Assembly (NCBI RefSeq): GCF_036321535.1
Contig: NC_087436.1
Coordinates: 24,988,001 to 25,052,000 of the forward strand
Length of the DNA: 64,000 nucleotides
Direction: 5' to 3'
Origin: Camelus dromedarius
Lineage: Eukaryota
Shown piece after piece: positions 14,190-23,381 of this stretch. Below the pieces are notes generated by a model. That model was not told where the DNA came from and ran no database searches. It saw only the letters and a list, made by a program, of their open reading frames with translations. Every line of letters starts with the position of its first letter. Positions within the stretch are counted from its first letter, which is position 1. A program made the translations under genes and the position numbers.

Positions 14190-14815
14190 AGGCATCACTT
14201 GAGTTACTTTAGTTCTTCTTACAACAACCTTAAGAGGAAGGGGCTGCTGTGAAGCCCATTTTACCTCTGGGCAAACTGAGGCCCAGAGAAGTTCAGCTGC
14301 GTAATCTGCTCAAGGTTACATAATTATGCAAGGCATAGCTGAGTTTTGAATCTGGAGATTCTGATTACTGAGTCTGTGGTGTTTATCACTATGCCATATG
14401 GTTCATCTATTCATTTCACAAATAGCTATTAATTGCCTGCCCTACCCTCTGGAGCTTACCGTCCAGTGAGGGGGAAAACAGATGCTAAACAAATATATGA
14501 ACGAGTGTCAGGTGATTGTAACTATGATGAAGAGAAGTAAAATGGTAAGGGCTAGAAAGAGAAGGAGAGAAGGCTGTTTTATAAAAGGTTGTCAGAGAAG
14601 GTCTCTCTAACAGAGATTTGTGCCAAGATTGGAATGAGGGGGCAAACCATGTGGCTTTCTGGATACTTGGCAGACGAATACAGAGGCAGAGGAAACTGCT
14701 GGTGGGAATGTTTGAGGGACAGCAAGAATCCAGAGTGACTGGAATACAGTGAGCAAGAAGTGGGTCCTGGGGGAGTAGACAGACAGACAGAGGTGGCTGG
14801 AGGCAGGTCACCTGG
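14190..14815 (-). mobile_element. MIR followed by L2 relic
   Basis: cccattttacctctgggcaaactgaggcccagagaag (MIR core), then ttcatttcacaaatagctattaattgcc (L2 tail, reverse) and purine-rich L2 body. Confidence 0.6.
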
Positions 14816-15074
14816 TGATGAATCTATTACAGTTGTTAAATGTCTCCTTCACAGAGGTTTTTAAGGCATCATAGCCAGCATGAGTAAGCCTGATGTCCAT
14901 CATTCAAGGTTATTATGATCATTGAGTGGATGAGCCTGAGGATTTCTCATGTCGTAGAAAGATGATGACAAGTGTGAATCTCTACAACAGGAATTGGTTT
15001 ACTAGTTGGGTTCAAGATTTGAAGCATCTGATACTGGATACATTTCACTATGGGAAATTGTTTTGGGGTGTCCA

Positions 15075-15180
15075 ATCACACCAGCTAGCTAGGGATGGTC
15101 CCAGTTTTAGCACTGACAATCTTCAATCCTGGGAAACCTGCCGCAGACCAGGACAAATTAGGATGATTAGTCACTGTCTA
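15075..15180. mobile_element. hAT-Blackjack MITE (MER81/MER94-like)
   Basis: gggatggtcccagttttagcactga...ggacaaattaggatgattagtcact matches recalled MER81/MER94 structure. Confidence 0.5.
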
Positions 15181-15374
15181 ACAGAATTCTCGAAGGGTTA
15201 CTTAGGAGATGGTTGCTCAATGGAGAACCAGTGACAAGCCGTCTGGGCTCTGGAATTGCACCAGTATACTTGAAAGTAAGGCATAGTTATACCTTTCATT
15301 TTGTAGATAAGTGATAAAGTAGAAATAAAATAAAGACTTGCAAATGCCCTAAATTTATGAACAATAATCTTTAA

Positions 15375-16670
15375 GCGAGGAGACGGAGAAGATGGCTGAG
15401 TAGAAGGATGCTCGCAGGTCACCCTCTCCCACAAATACACCAAGACCCACATCTACGGACCCACTCAGCCAACCAGAGCACCTGTGGAACTCCGACAGAA
15501 CATCGCCCTCTTCGAAAGATAAAGACTCCAAAAATCTGGTAGGAGAAAAGGAAAAAAGAAAGAACAAAAGGCAAAGCAGCGCGGGACGGGTCCTGTGGGG
15601 AGGGAGCGGCAAAGGGGGACTGGCGCTCGCTCGCTGCGTCTCCCCTCTCCAACTGAGAGGCCAGCGGGACAGAGGGGGAGCCTCCGAGGCTCGGATCTGT
15701 ACAGAGCAGCCATTGACTGACAGAACTAAGTTAAACGGGCACAGAGCGTCCCCCCCGACACCCAGCCTGAGACGCGGGCCAGCAGCGGCGGGCAGGGCCA
15801 GGCTGCACGAGCTGGGCGGAGGACGGAAGTGGCTGCACGGAGGCAGCCCCGGGGGAACACAAGGGGCTGCGCGCCGTGGCTGTGGGTGCACAGGGCAGAA
15901 CAACCTGGGCCCTCCATAAAACAGCAAGGTTGATGTGCTCTCGGGGGAACGGTGCACACCCCCATCTCTGAAACCTGCGGAAAGTTTCCAGGGGAAGAGA
16001 GGCGGCGCTCAGGCACAGCCGCCACATCCTCCGCGCTTAGCACCCAGGCGGGGGCGGGGGCGAAACCTGCATCTGCACCGAAGGGCTTAGCAGCCTCAAA
16101 GGCCAGACTGGGACTGGCCTGCAGCCCGGGGCAGATAGGATCCTTCCATCCTGGTCCCTCAGAGAACTTGCTCCACAAAGACAAACAAGGAGCTGGGTTT
16201 TGGCTCGAAGCAGGGACAGGGCTGTCCCTCGGTCTTCCCCGAGCCCACCCGCGGAGCGCCAACCAGGGCGGAGCGCGGACCGGGGCGGAGCGCGCAGCCA
16301 CACAGAGCAGCTGAGCTACCGGCGGCGCAGGTAGAACGAGAGCGGTTCCCCCCCGCCTTTCGGGCAGGAACACAGCCCCTGACCGAGGTGCTGGGAGGGG
16401 GCACAACCCGCCCTCCTACCTGGCCAGTCTACAACATCTGACTGCGGCATCCGGAGGGGCAGCGACCCGCCCGCCCACAGCAGAGAGCTGCAGCTGACCC
16501 AGTGTTAGGAGGAGGCGCGATCTGCTTGCCAACAGGTGCTGGGAGCAGCACAGAAGAGGGCGCCAACGGAGGGCCTCTGAAAACAGCAAGCTGAGCTTTC
16601 AAAACAGGACGAAGACAGAAAGACTTCACATTAAAAGCACACAGACTCCAGGAGAACACCGACAACCTCC
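15375..16670 (+). promoter_or_regulatory. L1 internal promoter / CpG-island-like 5'UTR
   Basis: Only GC- and CpG-rich block in the window; YY1-like AAGATGGCTG at 15389-15398 near the 5' end, as in other mammalian L1s. Confidence 0.85.
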
Positions 16671-17078
16671 CCCCCGCCTTTTTTTTTTAATCTGTTTTCA
16701 CCTGTTCTATTTTCTATTACTCTCTTAATCTTTACTACTTAATTCTTAATTCATTTCTATTTCTCTTGGGTTTTGATGTCCTGCTATTGATTAGACACAG
16801 GTTTCAAATACATCTATTCATCTCCCCCCCCCTTTTTTTGTAAAGGTTTCAAAAGGACGTCTCAACCCAATTAATACTCTGCTTCAACTCACTCTTCTAT
16901 TATTCATTATACACTGTTTTCAAACCCTCTTTCTCCCTTCTTTTAAAATTCTTTCTCTCTCTCTTACTTTTTTTTCTTTTTTTCCTAAGTTCTATTCCTA
17001 AATAGGCATCAGATAGATAAAATCCTTAAGGACCAAAATAAACAACTGATACTCCATAAACCACAGTGCCAAAGAGGT

Positions 17079-17982
17079 ATGAGCAAGATGAAGAAGCAGA
17101 AAAACCTTTCCCAATTAAAAGAACAAGAGAAATCCCCTGAAAGAAAGATCAACGAAATAGACATCGATAGCCTACTAGATCAAGATTTCAAAAAAGGAGT
17201 GATCGAATTGCTGAAGGAATTAAAAGAGATAGTGTTTAGAGATATAAAATATGTCAAAAATGAAATTGAAGCTATAAAGAAGAGCCAAGTAGAATGGGTA
17301 AACTCATTGACAGAGATGAGGAATGATCTAATAGCTGTGCAAAGCCGACTAGATAATGCAGAGGAACGAATTAGTGATCTAGAAGACAGGGCAATAGAAA
17401 GCACCCATTCAGAAGAACTACAAGATAAGCAAATAAAAAATAATGAAAATAGCATAAGGGACCTATGGGATAATATAAAGCGTCCCAATCTTCGCATAAT
17501 AGGGGTCCCAGAAGGAGAAGAAAGATCAAAGGGGGTTGAAAAGGTTTTTGAAGAAATCATGACTGAAAACTTCCCAGACTTAAAGAAGGAATCAGATATC
17601 CAAGTACAGGAAGCTCAGAGGGTCCCAAACAGGAAGAACCCAAATAGACCCACACCAAGACATATCATAATCAAGATGGCCAGAGTCAAGGATAAAGAAA
17701 TGATTCTAAAGGCAGCAAGAGAAAAGCAAAGAGTAAGTTACAAGGGAACCCCCATAAGGCTCTCAGCTGATTTCTCTACACAAACGCTACAGGCCAGAAG
17801 GGAGTGGCAAGATATATTCAAAGCCCTGAATGAAAAAAAGATGCAGCCTAGGATCCTTTATCCAGCAAGGCTATCCTTAAGGATAGAAGGAGAAATAAAG
17901 AGTTTCACAGACAAAAAAAAAGCTGCAGGAGTTTAGCAACACTAAACCCATGCTAAAAGAAATACTGAAAGGGCTATTCTAA
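17079..17982 (+). pseudogene. L1 ORF1p (coiled coil, RRM, CTD), frameshifted near the C-terminus
   Basis: NLRIIGVPE, PRHIIIK, ARREW, YPARLS motifs. A9 run at 17913-17921 has one extra A; removing it gives ...DKKKLQEFSNTKPMLKEILKGLF* ending at 17982 (~300 aa). Confidence 0.93.
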
Positions 17983-18382
17983 ATAGAAAAGCAGCAGGAT
18001 GCTACAGAAATGAGAAACACACAACTGGAAAGGTGATAACTCATGAATTACAAATAAAGTAAACATGAAATTATAAAAGAAGACATACAAATCACTGAGA
18101 GTGGGAGAGGGAGGCAGGGAAATATAGAATATTTTTTTCTTTTTTAAATTTTTTTAACAGTAGGATGGGTTTGAGATCATGTTACTATCAGTTTAATAAA
18201 AACAGTTATAGTAATGGGTTGACAGATTTACAAAAAAGGGTAACCACAAGCCAAAAATTTACAAAGGAGTCACAAAAATTAAATAAAATCCATGATAATA
18301 CAAAGGAAGATTACCAAACCACAAAAGGAAGAAGAAAGGAACAAAGAGGATATACCAATTCAACTGCAAAGATAAGTTCAAA

Positions 18383-21300
18383 ATGGCAATAAACACACAT
18401 CTATCATTAATTACTGTAAATGTTAATGGACTAAATGCTCCAGTCAAAAGACACAGAGTGGCAGACTGGATAATAAAGCAAGAACCTTCAATATGCCGCA
18501 TACAAGAGACCCACTTTAGGGAGAAGGACACATATAGATTGAGAGTGAAAGGATGGAAAAGGATATTCCATGCAAATGGAAAAGCCAAAAAAGCAAGTGT
18601 TGCAGTACTGATTTCAGACAAAATAGACTTTAAAACAAAGGCCATAAAGAAAGATAAAGAAGGACATTTTATAACGATTAAGGGAGTGATACAAGATGAG
18701 GATATTACACTCGTTAATATATATGCACCCAATATAGGAGCACCTAAGTACATACAAGAATTACTAACAGAGATAAAGGAGGATATTGATGGGAATACAA
18801 TCATAGTTGGAGATTTTAACACTGCATTAACATCACTAGACAGATCTTCCAGACAGAAAATAAACAAGGCAACAGAGAAATTAAATATTACAATAGAAAA
18901 ACTAGATTTGGTGGATATTTTCAGAGCGTTACACCCCCCAAAAATAGGATATACATTCTTTTCAAGTGCACATGGAACATTTTCCAGGATCGATCGTGTA
19001 CTTGGGCACAAAAGAAACCTCAACAATTTTAAGAAGATAGAAATTATCTCAAGCATCTTTACTGACCACAATGCCATGAAACTGGAAATCAACAACAGAG
19101 AAACAAAGGAGAAAAAAAGGAAAGCATGGAGATTAAACAATATGTTATTGAAAAAACAATGGATCAATGAGGAGATCAAAGCTGAAATTAAAAAATACCT
19201 TGAGACAAATGATAATGAAAGCACAACCACTCAAAACCTATGGGACACAGCAAAGGCAGTGCTAAGAGGGAAGTTTATAGCGATACAGGCCTTCCTCAGA
19301 AAAGAAGAACAATCTCAAATAAACAATTTAACCCACCACCTGAATGAATTAGAAAAAGAAGAACAAAAAGCCCCAAAAAGCAGCAGAAGGAAGGAAATAA
19401 TAAAGATCAGAGAGGAATTAAATACAATAGAGATTAACAAGACCATAGAAAAAATCAACCAAACCAAAAGCTGGTTTTTTGAAAAAGTAAATAAAATCGA
19501 CAAACCTCTGGCCAAACTCACAAAGAAGAAAAAAGAGAGAGCACAAATTAGCAAAATAAGAAAGGAAAATGGAGAAATTACAACACACAAAATAGAAATA
19601 CAGAATATCATACGAGAATATTATGAAAAACTATATGGAACCAAACTGGATAACCTAGAGGAGATGGACAAGTTTCTGGAAACATACTGTCCACCAAAAC
19701 TGAATCAAGAAGAATCTGAACACTTGAACAATCCGATCACTAGAAAGGAAATAGAAATAGCAATTAAAAACCTCCCTACAAATAAAAGTCCAGGACCGGA
19801 CGGCTTCACCGGGGAATTCTACCAAACATACAAAGAAGAACTCATACCAGTCCTTCTCAAACTCTTCCAGACGATTGAAAAGGAGGGAATACTCCCAAAC
19901 TCATTCTATGAAGCCACCATCACCCTGATACCAAAACCAGGCAAAGACACTACAAAAAAAGAGAATTATAGGCCAATATCACTGATGAACATAGACGCCA
20001 AAATCCTCACCAAAATTTTAGCAAATAGAATCCAACAACACATAAAAAAGATTATACATCATGACCAAGTGGGGTTCATCCCAGGGACACAAGGCTGGTT
20101 CAACATACGCAAGTCAATCAGTGTAATACATCACATCAACAAGAGAAAGGACAAAAACCACATGATCATCTCCATCGATGCAGAAAAAGCATTTGATAAA
20201 ATTCAACACCCATTTATGATAAAAACTCTCGCCAAAGTGGGTATAGAGGGAACATATCTCAACATAATAAAAGCTATATATGACAAACCTACAGCCAGCA
20301 TAGTACTCAACGGTGAAAAACTCAAAAGCTTCCCACTAAAATCTGGGACAAGACAAGGATGCCCACTATCACCACTCTTATTCAACATAGTCCTGGAAGT
20401 CCTAGCCACAGCAGTCAGGCAAGAGAAAGAAATAAAAGGGATCCAAATTGGAAAAGAAGAGGTAAAAGTGTCATTATATGCTGATGACATGTTACTATAT
20501 ATAGAAAACCCTAAAAGGTCCACACAAAAGCTACTAGAGCTGATTGAAGAATTCAGCAAGGTAGCAGGTTACAAAATTAACGTTCAAAAATCAGTTGCAT
20601 TTCTTTACACTAACGATAAATCAACAGAAGAAGAAAGTAAAGAAACAATCCCCTTTAAAATAGCACCCAAAGTAATAAAATATCTGGGAATACATCTAAC
20701 CAAGGAGGTGAAAGAATTATACACAGAAAACTATAAACCATTGATGAAGGAAATTAAAGAAGACTTTAAAAAATGGAAAGATATTCCATGCTCTTGGATT
20801 GGAAGAATCAATATTGTTAAAATGGTCACACTGCCCAAGGCAATCTACAGATTTAATGCAATCCCTATCCAATTACCCAGGACATATTTCACAGAACTAG
20901 AAAAAAGTCATAATAAAATTCATATGGAACCATCAAAGACCTAGAATTGCCAAAGCATTACTGAAGAGAAAGAAAGAGGCGGGAGGAATAACTCTCCCAG
21001 ACTGCAGACATCTGTCTATACAGCTACAGTCATCAAGACAGCATGGTATTGGTACCAAAACAGACATATAGACCAATGGAACAGAATAGAGAGCCCAGAA
21101 ATGAACCCACAAACTTTTGGTCAACTCATCTTTGACAAAGGAGGCAAGAATATACATTGGAATAAAGACAGTCTCTTCAGCAAATGGTGTTGGGAAAACT
21201 GGACAGCAGCATGTAAAACAATGAAGCTAGAACACTCCCTTACACCATATACAAAAATCAACTCAAAATGGATTAAAGACTTAAACATAAGACAAGATAC

Positions 21301-22183
21301 AATAAACCTCCTAGAGGAAAACATAGGCAAAACATTATCTGACATACATTTAAAAAATTTTCTCCTAGAAGAAATAAAAGCAAGAATAAACAAATGGGAC
21401 CTAATGAAACTTACAAGCTTCTGCACAGCAAAGGAAACCAGAAGTAAAACAAGAAGAAAACCTACGGAATGGGAGAAAATTTTTGCAAGTGAAACCGACA
21501 AAGGCTTGATCTCCAGAATATATAAGCAGCTCATACGACTCAATAAGAAAAAAATAAACAACCCAATCCAAAAATGGGCAGAAGACCTAAACAAGCAATT
21601 CTCCAAGGAAGACATACAAATGATCAAAAAGCACATGAAAAAATGCTCCATATCACTAATTATCAGAGAAATGCAAATCAAAGCTACAATGAGGTATCAC
21701 CTCACACCAGTCAGAATGGCCGTCATTCAAAAATCCACAAATGACAAATGCTGGAGAGGCTGTGGAGAAAGGGGAACCCTCCTACACTGCTGGTGGGAAT
21801 GCAGTTTGGTGCAGCCACTATGGAAAACAGTGTGGAGATTCCTCAAAAGACTAGGAACAGACTTACCATATGACCCAGGAATCCCACTCCTGGGCTTGTA
21901 TCCAGAAGGAAATCTACGTCAGGATGACACCTGCACCCCAATGTTCATAGCAGCACTATTTACAATAGCCAAAACATGGAAACAGCCTAAATGTCCATCA
22001 ACAGGTGACTGGATAAAGAAGAGGTGGTATATTTATACAATGGAATACTACTCAGCCATAAAAACCGACAACATAATGCCATTTGCAGCAACATGGATGC
22101 TCCTGGAGAATGTCATTCTAAGTGAAGTAAGCCAGAAAGAGAAAGAAAAATACCATATGAGATCGCTCATATGTGGAATCTAA
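18383..22183 (+). pseudogene. L1 ORF2p (APE endonuclease, reverse transcriptase, CCHC domain) with two frameshifts
   Basis: NVNGLN, QETH, GDFNT, TDHN (EN); QGCPLSP, YADD (RT); [18 protein letters not shown]. +1 at A6 20901-20906 and +2 at ~21011-21017; ORFs 18383-20944 and 21101-22183 share one frame; reconstructed length ~1265 aa. Confidence 0.96.
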
Positions 22184-22645
22184 AAAACAAAAACAAAAAC
22201 AAACAAACAAACAAAAACAAAGCATAAATAAAGGACAGAAATAGACTCACAGACAGAGAATACAGACTTGTAGTTACCAGGGGGGTGGAGGGTGGGAAGG
22301 GATAGACTGGGATTTCAAAATTGTAGAATAGACTACACTGTATAGCACAGGGAAATATACACAAAATGTTATGATAACTCACAGAGAAAAAAATGTGACA
22401 ATGAGTCTGTATATGTCCATGAGTAACTGAAAAATTTTGCTGAACGCTGGAATTTGAGAGAACATTGTAAAATGATTATAAATGAATAAAAAATGTTAAA
22501 AAAGTAATCTTTAAACTTCTTTCCGTATTGTCAAAGCTTGAAATATTTAGCTTAAACATGTACATTATAAGCAGTACATTGAAGTATTTAGAATCTCTCT
22601 CAAAGACAGTCTCAGGGCATTCTAAAACAGGAGAAAAAATTTTTT

Positions 22646-22680
22646 TAAACTGAAGGATAGTTGATTTACAATGTTGTGTT
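22646..22680 (-). mobile_element. Ultra-short L1 3'-end insertion
   Basis: tttttt-aaactgaaggatagttgatttacaatgttgtgtt matches the extreme 3' end seen at ~43885-43917; flanked by degenerate repeat aggagaaaaaatttt / aggagagagattttt. Confidence 0.6.
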
Positions 22681-23348
22681 AGGAGAGAGATTTTTGATCA
22701 CATTTTCCAACTCTAGTGCAGTAAAACTAGAAAAGAAAAAAAGTGTAACAACTTATATTTTAACAGTTTAAAGACAAAAAACAGATGAATATCTCAATTT
22801 TTGCTGTAATGACATTTGCTCAAATTCAGAATTATTCCTGATGTTTTAAAAAAAATGATCCCTGATCATTAAAAAACCAAATTATGAGTAGATCCAAACT
22901 TCCATAGAAAACAAATGAGCACTTGTTGGAAACCAATATAAAGCAACCTAAATTTCATTATTATGAAACTGGGGAGATTATCCAAATAATGAACTTTGAC
23001 TAGCATTAAACCTTGTGATACAAATAATTTTTGACATGAAAAAATGCTTATGATATAATATTAAGTGAAAGAAGTTAGATACCAAATGTATATGCAATAT
23101 GAATTTTACTGTATTAAAGAACAACAAGAATAAACAAACGAACCCTCCAAATAATTATTTTAAAAAGATTGAATGAAGGCATGCTAATGTTTTGGTTACT
23201 TGTGTGTGGAACTTAACAGTTTTTAATATATCCTGCAATGTGCACCTGTTGTTTTTAAAATATTCTGCAATGTGCACCTATTGTTTTTAAAATCTGGAAA
23301 ATCAAATTAAGACAAGAATTTTAAGAAACAATTTTGTTTTTGTGCTAG

Positions 23349-23381
23349 GACTTACCCCAGACGCAAACTACTGCTAAACAG
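23349..23381 (+). CDS. Candidate 33-nt internal exon of an unidentified host gene
   Basis: ttttgtttttgtgctag|GACTTACCCCAGACGCAAACTACTGCTAAACAG|gtaaga; length divisible by 3; open as DLPQTQTTAKQ (phase 0) or TYPRRKLLLN (phase 2). Confidence 0.4.

Larger units (their letters stand above)
15375..22503 (+). mobile_element. Full-length LINE-1 retrotransposon (~7.1 kb), young, probably a camelid lineage family
   Basis: 5'UTR, ORF1, spacer, ORF2, 3'UTR, AATAAA (22485-22490) and A-rich end; TSD core taatctttaa at 15365-15374 and 22505-22514 (extends to ~15 bp with 2 mismatches). Confidence 0.98.

Noticed and set aside
15355..16665. Long antisense ORFs (200 and 226 aa) in the L1 5'UTR as an ORF0-like gene
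   Set aside because: They start at GTG/TTG, several overlapping frames are open at once, and GC-rich DNA is naturally stop-poor; there is no positive evidence of coding.
18259..19230. 323-aa hydrophobic minus-strand ORF, and similar ones at 17180, 19315, 20203 and 21121
   Set aside because: Antisense shadows of A-rich L1 ORF1/ORF2; the F/L/I/S richness follows from the T-rich strand.
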